Numbered from the stretch's first letter, positions 17,870 through 27,093 are shown. The stretch: 64,000 nucleotides of DNA from a virus (IMGVR_UViG_3300015374_000004:5787-69786); one strand, 5' to 3'. The notes: generated from the letters alone by a model not told the origin. Translations and numbers: made by a program.

Positions 17870-18128
17870 ATGTTCTCACCTCCTCTCTGGCGGGACGCAC
17901 GCAGAGAGCCCAGCCCCAGGAGTGCAAGGCTTTGACGGTCACACTCCTGCCGTGCCGTCCGGGTTGCGTGCGTCCCCCACAGGGGAGGTCAGACGAAGGG
18001 GTCTGCCTGCTCGTCGTCAGGCACTCGGATCCACACCTTCATGGTGTCGTCCGGGCGCGTCAGCGCGAGGTACAGGCAGAACCCGAGGGCCGCCAGCACA
18101 CACAGGCTGACGGCCACACCGAGCAGGT

Positions 18129-18494
18129 TCACCACGCCGTGGCGTCTGTGGCCACGATGTTGATCGCCTGAGCCCCCGCGGTGTTCTGCAGGGTGCCGAG
18201 GCGGAAGTTGTCCGTGCCGATGCCGGGCATGTTGCCCCGCCAGCAGTCGTCGACGGCGTTGGAGCCACCCATGAGCGGCCCACAGTTCTCGTGGACGAGG
18301 ATCAACTTCTGGCCCGGCAGACGGGTGCAGAGACCCGCGTTGTTGGTCAGGGCCACGATGGCCTTGCCATCCTGCGTCTGGCCACAGTAGGCCGGATCGT
18401 CGATCCGGGCATCCGGCTGAGGCGGCACGCAGGCTGCGACCACGGTGATCGCACTGCCGATGATGGCGGCGCGACCGAAGTTCTTGCGGTTCAT
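18129..18494 (-). CDS. secreted Cys-containing small protein
   Basis: Signal peptide 'MNRKNFGRAAIIGSAITVVAAC' and 6 Cys. Start motif GGGAGGTGAACATATG. Confidence 0.5.
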   Translation of the reverse strand: MNRKNFGRAAIIGSAITVVAACVPPQPDARIDDPAYCGQTQDGKAIVALTNNAGLCTRLPGQKLILVHENCGPLMGGSNAVDDCWRGNMPGIGTDNFRLGTLQNTAGAQAINIVATDATAW

Positions 18495-18647
18495 ATGTTC
18501 ACCTCCCTTCGAGGTGATGATGGGCGCGGATTGTGAAGGAAGATCCGCGCCGGGCGGAAAGACACGTGTTCGTAACGTGTCAGGTCAGGAGCCCCGCGAT
18601 GATCAGCACCAAGGCGAGGACGAAGTTGATCTTCGAGCCGGTGGGGA

Positions 18648-18848
18648 TCACGGCATGGCGCTCACGTAGAGCACCTGAGTCCTCTGGGCCTCGGCCGCCG
18701 CCCGGACCCCCCGGACGAAGGCGGTGCGCTGCACCGTCTCGTACGTGAACTCGGGCATCTGGAACGTGGTCACGTCCCCATCGGCCGTGATCGAGATCAC
18801 GGTCACCTGGGACTCGGACTCGACGATGATGATCGTCTTGATGAACAT
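18648..18848 (-). CDS. small hypothetical protein (66 aa)
   Basis: ATG 3 nt after GAGAGGAGGTGA. It is the C-terminal part of the longer track ORF 18648-19199, whose upstream part is Arg/Pro junk. Confidence 0.45.
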   Translation of the reverse strand: MFIKTIIIVESESQVTVISITADGDVTTFQMPEFTYETVQRTAFVRGVRAAAEAQRTQVLYVSAMP

Positions 18849-18898
18849 GTCACCTCCTCTCAGGAGAACGCACGGCCCCTCCAGGCCGCGCGTTCTGC

Positions 18899-19342
18899 TC
18901 AGAGCGGGCGGGGAACGTCGGACGGCCACGCCAGGTCGTTGCGCGCGGCGAACTCGCGCGCCCGGCGCAAGAACTCCGGCATGAACTGCTCGGGGCCATC
19001 GCCCTCGGCGAACGCTTCCTGGCCGGGGCCGTCGTGGCACGACTGGAACGCCGACAGGGTCTCGGCGTTGAGGCCGTCGAACAGGGCCTTGATGGCCACG
19101 TAGCGGTCGTCGTCGGCGGTCAGCAGCACGTAGATGCCGTGGCCCTCCAACTCGCCGGGTTCGTAGACATCGTCGGGGATCGAGTGGCCGATGGCGCACC
19201 GGACCTCGAAGAACGAACCGTCCTCGGCGTACTTCGCCGTGCGGTAGGCGCAGGTCACTCCGTCGTGGGCGTAGGTGCCCTGGGCGACGATCCCACGCAC
19301 TCCCGCGTCGAAGACGTCCTGGAGCGTGAGTGAGTTGCTCAT
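18899..19342 (-). CDS. hypothetical protein
   Basis: Start 'MSNSLTLQ' lies after GAGAGGAGGTGATTAC. Confidence 0.45.
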   Translation of the reverse strand: MSNSLTLQDVFDAGVRGIVAQGTYAHDGVTCAYRTAKYAEDGSFFEVRCAIGHSIPDDVYEPGELEGHGIYVLLTADDDRYVAIKALFDGLNAETLSAFQSCHDGPGQEAFAEGDGPEQFMPEFLRRAREFAARNDLAWPSDVPRPL

Positions 19343-19548
19343 GTAATCACCTCCTCTCTGCAGGGGGCTCAACCCGGAGGCGGGGCCGGGGAGCCCCCTG
19401 CAGGGGGGAGGGGACGTTTCTGCTCAGGAACGGCGCACACTCCGGCGCGACCGGCTAGTACGCCGTCCCGAGCAGATGTTTCACGTGAAACTCGCCAGTG
19501 CGAGCACGGCGGCGAGGCAGAGGCTCACGAGGAGCCAGGGGAACCGCG

Positions 19549-19728
19549 TCATGGCCAGTACCCCATATCGAGACGGTGGCGGGTGCCGGATGCGGCCACG
19601 TCGCAAGTCCTCGGCATGTTGCCCAGGTTCTCCTGCCAGGAGCAGCCACAGACGACGATGACGTCGCCGACCCTCGCGCCTGGATAGGCGGTGACGACGA
19701 CGGTGACCTTCGGCTCGTGCTCGTTCAT
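19549..19728 (-). CDS. small hypothetical protein (~59 aa, MNEHEPKVTVVV...)
   Basis: Not in the ORF track. ATG 6 nt after GAGAGGAGGTGA. Good GC3. Confidence 0.4.
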   Translation of the reverse strand: MNEHEPKVTVVVTAYPGARVGDVIVVCGCSWQENLGNMPRTCDVAASGTRHRLDMGYWP

Positions 19729-19899
19729 GGGTTCACCTCCTCTCTGGAGAGGCGCTCAGCGGGCTTCGGGTACTGGGCCTCGGCGGCCGTTCTCCTACGC
19801 CCTCGGATTCCTGAGAACCCCTCCAGGGGGGAGGTGGGTAGTTCTGAGCCTCACTCTGTCCTGCCTCCCACGAGCACATCCCACCAGTTCGGCGAGAGT

Positions 19900-20300
19900 T
19901 GATCGACTGCCTCGCGAGCCCGACATACAGGCTTCCCTGGCGATTATCGGGAGGGGGGGGTGGGGGGGGCCACCATCATTTCTCTCCCCTGGGGGAAAGT
20001 CGATGGGGGGGCCGCTGTCGCGGCTTCCCACCCTCGACCTCAACTGGAGGTTTAGGGTGAACCTCGACGTCAACCTCGACTGCAGGTAGAGGGTTGCACT
20101 GGGCAGTGCCAGATTCGACCTCGACTGGAGGGTTAGGTTGAGGGTTCACTGAGAGTGAGGATTCTGACCACAGAGAGTGTGGGTCTCTCAGTGTGGTCAG
20201 CGAAGGTGACAACGAGCACTGAGAGTGAGAGTGAGTGTGAATCCTGGTCTCACTCTGTCCTGGCGTCCCGCGGCACTTCCCACCAGTACGGCGGCCGTGG
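19900..20300. repeat. repeat-rich non-coding strand-switch region (poly-G tracts, ~35-bp 'CGACCTCGACTGGAGGnTTAGG' direct repeats, 'CACTGAGAGTGAG' repeats, ~45-bp imperfect direct repeat at 19845 and 20250)
   Basis: Seen directly in the sequence. No ORF with coding bias. Confidence 0.6.
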
Positions 20301-20353
20301 CACTCTGGTGCTGGCGGCCGCCGTGGCCGCCCACGACAGACAGGACAGAGACC

Positions 20354-21826
20354 ATGACCCGACAGGACCCGAATCGGCTCTGGACGGCCGCCGCGCTCGC
20401 GGCGCTCGCTCAGGCCGACAGAGAGACAGACGCGTGGCTCGCTGACCACGACCCACAACCACCTACCGACCACCGCGGACTGACCGCCTACCGACTGCAG
20501 GGCGGCACGATCACCAGGACCCGGCCGGAGGTTGTGACGCCAGTGCTGACGCCAGCGCTGACGGACGACCAGGCCGACGCGCTGGTGGCCGCTGGTGGCT
20601 CGCTGGTGACGTGGAACGGCCGCACCTACGACGGCGCTCTGAGCGAGGCGCTGGGCACAGAGCCGTCGTTTGACTACGTGACCCAACACGCGACCACCCC
20701 CCACCGCGACCGCGGCGCGTTCACGCGGTGGCCGCTGGTCCGTGTCCGCCGTGTCGACCGTGACACTGGCGGCCGCACGTACGTCAGTGCGCTGGTGCCC
20801 GCGGCCGATGCGACCGTGGTGCAGCGCCGTGCGAGCGCCGTGCCGCTGGTGCTCACTGAGACACGGCCGCGGGTGGTCCGTCGCTCCGGCGTGGTGACCA
20901 TGCACAGCGAGCACAGCGGCCGCACGTACCGGCACGCGGTCAGCGTCACTGTCCGCGGACGGCGCGCCGTGGTGGACGGTACGGCGCCGTGGGTCAGCGA
21001 CCGCGTGGTCAGCGAGCTGCAGTCGCGGCGCCGTGGGCGGACCACCGCGAGGCGCTCGCTGGGATGGTGGAGCGAGTCCACCTACGCCGCGGGTCCAGAG
21101 AGCACCAGGACGGTCCTGGTGGCCGCCTACCGCGTGCAGAGCCACCGCGAGCACCGTGACAGCGGACAGCGGATCTACGGCGCTCTGAGCGCCGCTGACA
21201 GGCTCCACAGCGAGGCGCTGACAGTGTGCGAGGCGCTGCAGCGCACCTACGGCGCGGCGCCGCTGGTCGTGCGGAGCATCGGCGGGACCATCCTCCCGGC
21301 CGCCTACACGGCTGGGATGCTGGCGGCCGATGCGCTGCAGAGCGAGCCGTGGTCGGGTCCGGTGGCCGCACGCGACTGGACGGTCGCCGTGCCTGAGCGG
21401 ATCACGGTGGAGCGCACGATCCCAGCGCTTGACCTGACCCATCGCCCGGCCGACGCGACCGCCTGGCACCTACCGGAGCGGAGCCACGCGAGCACTGGCG
21501 TCGGCAGGACCGGCCGCCCGCCTGTCACGGACGCTGACGCGGTGGCAGTCCTGTCACCAGCGGCCGTGCGAGCACGGCTGACCAGTAGCCCAGAGGCGGC
21601 CGCCTGGTGCGCCCGCCTACTGCAGGCGACAGAGCGCGTCGCGGTCAGTCCTGGTGCCAGCGTCAAGGTGGGCGCTGGCGTCACGCTGACGTTCGACCCT
21701 ACGGCGCTAGACCAGGCGACAGCGCTGACGTTCACTGAGGCGGCCACCGGCCGGTCCTGGTCAGGATCCTGGCGTGGCCGCCGTGCGCTAGCCCAGCGTG
21801 CGGCCGTTGCAACGCTGACCCGGTAG
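20354..21826 (+). CDS. hypothetical protein (490 aa)
   Basis: Non-repetitive sequence with good codon bias. The upstream part of the listed ORF overlaps the repeat region, so the start is placed at the Met at 20354. Confidence 0.5.
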   Translation: MTRQDPNRLWTAAALAALAQADRETDAWLADHDPQPPTDHRGLTAYRLQGGTITRTRPEVVTPVLTPALTDDQADALVAAGGSLVTWNGRTYDGALSEALGTEPSFDYVTQHATTPHRDRGAFTRWPLVRVRRVDRDTGGRTYVSALVPAADATVVQRRASAVPLVLTETRPRVVRRSGVVTMHSEHSGRTYRHAVSVTVRGRRAVVDGTAPWVSDRVVSELQSRRRGRTTARRSLGWWSESTYAAGPESTRTVLVAAYRVQSHREHRDSGQRIYGALSAADRLHSEALTVCEALQRTYGAAPLVVRSIGGTILPAAYTAGMLAADALQSEPWSGPVAARDWTVAVPERITVERTIPALDLTHRPADATAWHLPERSHASTGVGRTGRPPVTDADAVAVLSPAAVRARLTSSPEAAAWCARLLQATERVAVSPGASVKVGAGVTLTFDPTALDQATALTFTEAATGRSWSGSWRGRRALAQRAAVATLTR

Positions 21827-21844
21827 GCGCACTGACGCACTGAC

Positions 21845-21885
21845 GTTCGGCCGCCCGCTGGCACTGTCTGGCGGGCGGCCGAACC
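21845..21885 (+). terminator. 14-bp perfect-stem GC hairpin (GTTCGGCCGCCCGC...GCGGGCGGCCGAAC)
   Basis: Sits immediately after the stop at 21826. Confidence 0.45.
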
Positions 21886-22024
21886 GCGCCCGGTCTGCCA
21901 TCGACCCGGTGGGTGCTCCGCACTAGGGCGAGAGGCTGCTGCCAAGAATGAATCGCTTGCCATAACCCCCATAAGCGACAGCGAAACCCGTTTCCGGGTA
22001 AGCAGCGGGTGTTATGCTTGCGTT

Positions 22025-22225
22025 ATGCCCAGACCCCGTCTGTACTCAGTCCCCACGAAGGCGGTGACCCTGCGGATCCCCGAGACCCATCTCGCCTGGC
22101 TTGACCTGTACTGCAAGTCCAAGGGTCGTTCCCGCTCGCTGGGGGTCGCCAAGGTGATCGAGCAGTTGCCGATCAAGGCTGTCACCGGCACTGTGCGCTT
22201 CGCCGAGAAGGACGTCGTGCCGTGA
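22025..22225 (+). CDS. ribbon-helix-helix (CopG/Arc-like) DNA-binding protein
   Basis: 'VTLRIPETHLAWLDLYCKSKGRSRSLGVAKVIEQ'. The start is embedded in GTTATG direct/inverted repeats. Confidence 0.55.
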   Translation: MPRPRLYSVPTKAVTLRIPETHLAWLDLYCKSKGRSRSLGVAKVIEQLPIKAVTGTVRFAEKDVVP

Positions 22226-22698
22226 GTGAGCGCAACATCATCCACGATCCGGTCAGTTCTCGGCCTCGCAACGGGGCCAACGAGCCTTTGGGGGATCTGA
22301 CGGAGACGCCTTACTCACCCGCCGACCATCTGGACTGGCTGCTGCGGCAACTCAAGGCCGACTCCCAGTTCCCGGTGGAGGTGTACGTCGATGGGATCGA
22401 CACCCATGCCGTCGCGGCCGAAGTTGAGCGGTTGCGGGCCGCGGCACACGACGACTGGGGGACCGCCCCGGAGAAGGGGCATGAGTACGACGACCTGATC
22501 GCCGCGCTTCCCGGCCACCTTCGGTCGAGGATCTGCCACGACGAGATGTACTGCCCGGTGCCGGAGCGCGACTTCGACCACGGCCACACCAACTGCCTGC
22601 TCTTTGGGCTGGCGGCGGCCGAGATCGAGTCCCTTCGGGCCGTGCGCGACGAGATGTACGACTACTTGAAGAAACTGGTGAAGGGAGACCCGGAATGA
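22222..22698 (+). CDS. hypothetical protein
   Basis: Overlapping start-stop coupling. Coding bias. Confidence 0.45.
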   Translation: MSERNIIHDPVSSRPRNGANEPLGDLTETPYSPADHLDWLLRQLKADSQFPVEVYVDGIDTHAVAAEVERLRAAAHDDWGTAPEKGHEYDDLIAALPGHLRSRICHDEMYCPVPERDFDHGHTNCLLFGLAAAEIESLRAVRDEMYDYLKKLVKGDPE

Positions 22699-22895
22699 GC
22701 CCCGAGCAGCGGCTCCTCATGCCGATCTGGCTACCCCCCGAGCCTTCCCTCCGGTGCGACATGTGCCTCCACTTCCACTCGGCCCACGCCATCCAGGTGA
22801 ACTCGGCCGGGTCGCACACCTTCTGCCAGGTGCCGGGCTGCACGTGCCGCCTGATCATCACCAGCGCCAAGTTGTTCTGGGACAACCGGCGATGA
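22695..22895 (+). CDS. small Cys/His-rich protein
   Basis: 'CDMCLHFHSAH...CQVPGCTC'. Confidence 0.4.
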   Translation: MSPEQRLLMPIWLPPEPSLRCDMCLHFHSAHAIQVNSAGSHTFCQVPGCTCRLIITSAKLFWDNRR

Positions 22896-22999
22896 ACACC
22901 TGGCTCGCCATCGTGGGCGGCCTCATCATCGGCGCCGCCATCCGCATCATCATGCTGCTCGAAGACATCCGCGACGACGCCAGGGACCGGTTCAAGTGA
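22892..22999 (+). CDS. small membrane peptide (35 aa)
   Basis: ATGA overlap. Single TM 'WLAIVGGLIIGAAIRIIMLL'. Confidence 0.35.
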   Translation: MNTWLAIVGGLIIGAAIRIIMLLEDIRDDARDRFK

Positions 23000-23142
23000 A
23001 CGTCGCCGTCTTCCTGCTCAAGGTGTTCGTCTTCATGGCCTTGCAGCCGATCATCCACGTGTTGGCCTGGCTCGCGCTGGGCATGAGCCTGGGCATCCTG
23101 TGTGCCCTCATCTACGTCGGCCCCCGCAAGGAGCGAACATGA
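22996..23142 (+). CDS. small membrane peptide (48 aa, GTG start)
   Basis: GTGA overlap with the previous gene. TM 'VFLLKVFVFMALQPIIHVLAWLALGMSLGILCALIYV'. Ends in an ATGA overlap with the next gene. Confidence 0.3.
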   Translation: MNVAVFLLKVFVFMALQPIIHVLAWLALGMSLGILCALIYVGPRKERT

Positions 23143-23324
23143 GTACGCCCAAGTTCTTCACCGACGCCCAGCGCGTCACACTCAGGCTCCCAGCCACCCA
23201 CGTCAGCGCGCTCGACGCCTGGTGTGAGCGCAGAGGCGTGAGCCGCAACGTCGCCATCTGCCGCCTCATCGAGGCGTGCCACTTCGACGGCCAGCCCCTC
23301 ATCGCTTCGGAGGACAGACTGTGA
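23139..23324 (+). CDS. ribbon-helix-helix DNA-binding protein (paralog of the 22025 gene)
   Basis: 'VTLRLPATHVSALDAWCERRGVSRNVAICRLIE'. Confidence 0.5.
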   Translation: MSTPKFFTDAQRVTLRLPATHVSALDAWCERRGVSRNVAICRLIEACHFDGQPLIASEDRL

Positions 23325-23641
23325 GCCCCATCGACCTCGGCCCCGGCCAGTCCTACGCGCTGGTCATCACCCGCCGCCCTGACGGCACCATCGTCGAGAC
23401 CTGGTTCCCTGACGTCGTGCTCGTCGCCACTCCCATGGTGGTGCCTGGCGCGGTGTGGGAGGACATGGACGCCACCATCGTCGACCCCGACCGCATCGAC
23501 CACTGGTCGATCGACGGCATCGCCCGCTCTAACGGCAGCGGCTACGCCATGGCCCAGCGGATCCTCGACGCCGACGACCGGCGCACCCTGGCCACCCACG
23601 TCTCCCACTACCGCTCGCCCTTCTGGTCCAACAACCAGTAA
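23321..23641 (+). CDS. hypothetical protein
   Basis: GTGA-coupled to the upstream gene. Confidence 0.4.
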   Translation: MSPIDLGPGQSYALVITRRPDGTIVETWFPDVVLVATPMVVPGAVWEDMDATIVDPDRIDHWSIDGIARSNGSGYAMAQRILDADDRRTLATHVSHYRSPFWSNNQ

Positions 23642-23710
23642 GCAGCCAGGCGTATACTGCTCGTAGACCCCGGTAACGGTCCGCCAGTCCCCCCTTGGCG
23701 GTTCGGCCGG

Positions 23711-23840
23711 GGTCTTCCTATTCAGCGGCGCACGCCTCGCAGACCTGCAACTCGGGCAGTTCCTCGTCGCGGGTGACGACGCCTTCGTAGGCGACCGGCA
23801 CACCATGCGGGCAGTAGACGGCCTGCATCTTCGCGTCCAT
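23711..23840 (-). CDS. small Cys protein (42 aa, MDAKMQAVYCPHGVP...CEACAAE)
   Basis: RBS CAGGAGATGTG. TGATG coupling with the upstream gene. Confidence 0.35.
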
Positions 23841-24073
23841 CACATCTCCTGTTCGAGCAGCACCACGGTAGCCGCCTCGTGGAGCGCCTCGCAGAGGTGG
23901 AACACCTGCTCGGCTGGGAAGATCAGGTCGAAGCGCTCCATCACGCCCTCGTCGTCAGGGCGCGCGACCCAGATCTTGACGCAAGGCTGGCCCTCCAGCG
24001 TCCCGCCTTCGATGTGGACACCTTCGGTCCATTCGCTCACTAGCCGGTGGCCTCGATGTAGGTCTTGCGCCAC
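23840..24073 (-). CDS. hypothetical protein
   Basis: Coding bias, but the exact start is uncertain. Confidence 0.35.
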   Translation of the reverse strand: MAQDLHRGHRLVSEWTEGVHIEGGTLEGQPCVKIWVARPDDEGVMERFDLIFPAEQVFHLCEALHEAATVVLLEQEM

Positions 24074-24510
24074 ACGGCGACGTTGGTGGCGTTGAAGGAC
24101 GAGTAGTGGCCCGAGCCCCGTCCGAAGACCGGGGCGGTGTCCAGGTGGAAGTCCAGCACCAAGATCGTGTGCTCGTTCGGGTCACCTGTGATCTTCACCA
24201 CCGGCAGCGCCCGGCCCGAGTCGCGAGACGGGATCACGCAGGCGGTCCAGAAGGCCCAGCCGTTGGCGTTCCAGAACGTGTCGACCGTCGAGTACGGCGC
24301 GTGGAGCGTCGGGTCGGCCGGTTCGGCCAGGATGGCGCAGGAGTGGGGCTCCGGCCGCGGCGGCTTGGCGAGCGGGTCCACGGCCGAGGACCAGAAGATC
24401 TCCTTGAACAGGTAGGTGACCGGCGGCGGGACCGGCGGCGGGGTGATCGCTGGTTCGCAGGCTGTGCCGACGAACACGATGGCGAGGGCGGCGAGGATGG
24501 CGCGCTTCAT
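24040..24510 (-). CDS. lipoprotein with a Pro-rich linker
   Basis: 'MKRAILAALAIVFVGTAC' lipobox followed by 'PPPVPPPV'. Confidence 0.5.
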   Translation of the reverse strand: MKRAILAALAIVFVGTACEPAITPPPVPPPVTYLFKEIFWSSAVDPLAKPPRPEPHSCAILAEPADPTLHAPYSTVDTFWNANGWAFWTACVIPSRDSGRALPVVKITGDPNEHTILVLDFHLDTAPVFGRGSGHYSSFNATNVAVWRKTYIEATG

Positions 24511-24905
24511 CTCAGTGCATCTCCTGGGCAGGCTTGGGGTGGGACGCCGACGAACATGGCCTGGTCGTAGTTGGCGTAGTAGCGGTCACCGAGGTCGGGC
24601 CGGTACCAGCAGAAGTACGGGGCGTGGGCCGGGTCATAGGGGCCGACGTACCAGTAGTTGCAGGAGCGGTCGAGCCACATGATCTTCCGCTGGTCCTTGG
24701 TGGACGGCAGCAGGAAGATCGGCCGTCCGGTGGGGACCGGGCGGGTGTAGGTGTCCGGGAAGACGTCCTTGCACTGGCTGATCGGGGTGACCGGCGGCAG
24801 CACAGGGACCGGAGGCGGGGGTGGCGGGGTGATGCCCGGCTCGCAGGCCCCCACCGTGAAGATCGCGGTGAAGCCGAGCGCGCCGATGAACGCTCTCAGA
24901 GCCAT
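24507..24905 (-). CDS. lipoprotein with a Pro-rich linker (paralog)
   Basis: 'FTVGAC' lipobox followed by 'PPPPPPVPVLPPV'. Confidence 0.5.
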   Translation of the reverse strand: MALRAFIGALGFTAIFTVGACEPGITPPPPPPVPVLPPVTPISQCKDVFPDTYTRPVPTGRPIFLLPSTKDQRKIMWLDRSCNYWYVGPYDPAHAPYFCWYRPDLGDRYYANYDQAMFVGVPPQACPGDALR

Positions 24906-25053
24906 GATTCCTCCTCGTCCATCTTCTTGGTCTGGTGCTTGATGATCTGCCTCAGTTCCCAGTCCACCGTCTTGCGGTGGTCCAGGTGCTCCTGGATGCA
25001 GAAGATCAGGAGACCGGCGATCAGCCCGGCGATGATCCCCATGGCGACGGCGT
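24896..25053 (-). CDS. small membrane protein (~52 aa)
   Basis: 'MLFYAVAMGIIAGLIAGLLIFCIQ...'. Contains the RBS for the next gene. Confidence 0.35.
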
Positions 25054-25062
25054 AGAACAGCA

Positions 25063-25323
25063 TCAGCCTCGAACCCCTCTCATGAAGCCCTCGATGGCGG
25101 CCTTGGACATCTCCAACTGGGCCACGAAGCCCCAGGCGTCGATGTTCCCGTTCTTGTACTTGGTGGCAGCATCGTTCAACTCGGCGGTCACGTCCATGAC
25201 GGCCTCGCCGAACTGCTTGTTCTGCTGGTCGATGGTGCCGGTGAGCGGATACATGTTGATGTCACGCCCGTCTACAACCCGCTTGAGTTCAACGGAGCCC
25301 ACCACAGCCCTCCATCCCGGCAT
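25063..25323 (-). CDS. hypothetical protein
   Basis: 86 aa with coding bias. Confidence 0.4.
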   Translation of the reverse strand: MPGWRAVVGSVELKRVVDGRDINMYPLTGTIDQQNKQFGEAVMDVTAELNDAATKYKNGNIDAWGFVAQLEMSKAAIEGFMRGVRG

Positions 25324-25347
25324 ACGACATTCTCCCAGAAGATGTTG

Positions 25348-25515
25348 CTACTGCAACGGATGTTCGTCGGTCTCGTCCACACCCGCGACCGCCTCGGCGA
25401 TCCGGTGGGCGTTGAGCACTTCCCTGATGGCGGCGGCCTCGTACCACTTCCGGCGCCCACACAGGCGCTTGACGTAGGCCGACTCCTCCTCGTTGAGGTA
25501 CAGCGTGACGATCAT
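25348..25515 (-). CDS. ribbon-helix-helix regulator, probably expressed from a leaderless mRNA
   Basis: 'MIVTLYLNEEESAYVKRL...WYEAAAIREVL'. TATACT lies 6 nt upstream of the ATG. Divergent from the 25561 gene. Confidence 0.5.
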   Translation of the reverse strand: MIVTLYLNEEESAYVKRLCGRRKWYEAAAIREVLNAHRIAEAVAGVDETDEHPLQ

Positions 25516-25560
25516 GTAGCCAGTATACGGCGGTGTGCTGACTGGGTGTATCCTGGAGAC
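25516..25560. promoter_or_regulatory. divergent promoter/switch region (TATACT -10 for the leaderless RHH gene and RBS for the + gene)
   Basis: 45-bp gap between divergent starts containing the CAGTATAC palindrome. Confidence 0.4.
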
Positions 25561-25914
25561 ATGACCTGGCACATCCATTCACCACTGGGACGCTTCGGCG
25601 TCTCGGCACCCGGCGCCAAGCGCAAGCGTCAACTGGCCGAGAAGGAGCAGGAGCGACAGGAGTTGCTCGCCGACCTCCGGCAGAAGGCGTTCTTGGAGGC
25701 CACCCAGCCTCGGACCACCTACGTCCCCCTCACCGGCAACTCCGTCCTGTACCAGGGGCTCCACATCCAGCCCCTCCCTCCGTCGCACTCGAACGTGGTC
25801 CAGGAGTACCTCCGTCAGCATCACATGGAGTGGAAGGATCTGACGTCCGAGGATGCCCACCAGATCGTGGAGATCTACGCCCGCATGATCGCGGACGGCC
25901 ACGAGATCTCATAG
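25561..25914 (+). CDS. hypothetical protein
   Basis: Start 'MTWHIHSPLG'. 118 aa. Confidence 0.45.
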   Translation: MTWHIHSPLGRFGVSAPGAKRKRQLAEKEQERQELLADLRQKAFLEATQPRTTYVPLTGNSVLYQGLHIQPLPPSHSNVVQEYLRQHHMEWKDLTSEDAHQIVEIYARMIADGHEIS

Positions 25915-25922
25915 GAGGAGAC

Positions 25923-26135
25923 ATGGAGAACGAGACCATGAAGGCCGAGGCCGAGCCTCTCGACCTCAAGGAGGCCGCCCGGCGCGCCTCGGCGGCCGTT
26001 AAGGGCCTGAACGAGGTGGCGGGCGTGCGGCGCTCGAAGCACACCGGCTCGGTGGTCCCCCCGGACCTGCGCAAGCAGCGGAACCGAGCCAAGGCCAAGC
26101 GGGCCCGCGCCAGCCGGAAGATCAACCGTGGCTGA
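25923..26135 (+). CDS. small basic protein
   Basis: C-terminus 'RKQRNRAKAKRARASRKINRG'. Confidence 0.4.
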   Translation: MENETMKAEAEPLDLKEAARRASAAVKGLNEVAGVRRSKHTGSVVPPDLRKQRNRAKAKRARASRKINRG

Positions 26136-27093
26136 GGTCGTCTACCTCGGCAACTTCCAGCACGACCACTGCACCGAGGTCCACCTCGCCAGGGAGATGC
26201 AGGCCAACGGCCACCGGGTGAGCAAGGTCCAGGAGCCTCACGACGCCAACGAGCGGTTCGTGCGGCGCCTGGAGGCCAAGGTGTCGAACCTCAAGCCCGA
26301 CCTGTTCCTCTGGACGAGGACGTGGGGCCTGCCACCGATGGCGACCGACACGTGGCGACGGTTCGAGGAGAAGGGCATCACCACCGCCTCCTACCACCTC
26401 GACCTGTACCTGGGGCTCAAGCGGGCCGAGAAGATGCGCCGCGACCCGTTCTGGACGACCGGCTACGTCTTCACGCCGGACGGCAACGCCTCCAGCGAGC
26501 GCTACTTCCACTCCATGGGCATCAACCACTGGTTCATGCCGCCCGCGGTCGTCTCCGACGCCGTACATGAGGGCATCAGGATGCCTGAGTACGTCTCCCC
26601 GCTGGCCTTCGTCGGCTCGTGGAAGAACTACCACCCCGAGGAGTGGCCGTTCCGCCAGACGATGGTGCTGTGGCTCCAGAGGCGCTACCAGAGGGAGTTC
26701 GCCGCCTGGGGGGCCAACGGCCGGGGCACGATCCGTGAGGGCCACCTGAACGACCTGTACGCCTCGGTGAAGGTCGTGGTCGGCGACAACCTCTCCCTGC
26801 GGGGCAACACCCACTACATCTCCGACCGCTACTTCGAGACGCTGGGCCGCGGCGGCTTCCTGGTCGCCCCCTACGTCCAGATCCTCGACGAGTTGGGCTT
26901 CGTCCACGGCGAGAACATCTGGACGTATCGCTCGGCCGACCTGTCGGACCTGGAGTACCAGATCAAGGTCACCCTCGCCCTACCGCCCGAGCGGCGCAAG
27001 GAGATCGTCGCCAACGCCATGGCCTTGATCAAGGAGCGACACACGTACCGCCATCGCCTGCAGAAGGCGTTCGAGATCATGGGAGTGCAGTGA
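26128..27093 (+). CDS. glycosyltransferase (CgeB/DUF3880-like)
   Basis: 321 aa. The C-terminal 'YISDRYFETLGRGGFLVAPY' resembles the CgeB-type GT domain. First gene of the glycosylation cassette. Confidence 0.45.
   Translation: MAEVVYLGNFQHDHCTEVHLAREMQANGHRVSKVQEPHDANERFVRRLEAKVSNLKPDLFLWTRTWGLPPMATDTWRRFEEKGITTASYHLDLYLGLKRAEKMRRDPFWTTGYVFTPDGNASSERYFHSMGINHWFMPPAVVSDAVHEGIRMPEYVSPLAFVGSWKNYHPEEWPFRQTMVLWLQRRYQREFAAWGANGRGTIREGHLNDLYASVKVVVGDNLSLRGNTHYISDRYFETLGRGGFLVAPYVQILDELGFVHGENIWTYRSADLSDLEYQIKVTLALPPERRKEIVANAMALIKERHTYRHRLQKAFEIMGVQ

Noticed and set aside
19900-20300. Possible CRISPR array in the repeat region
   Set aside because: Repeats are imperfect, of different lengths and irregularly spaced. 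There are no uniform spacers and no cas genes.
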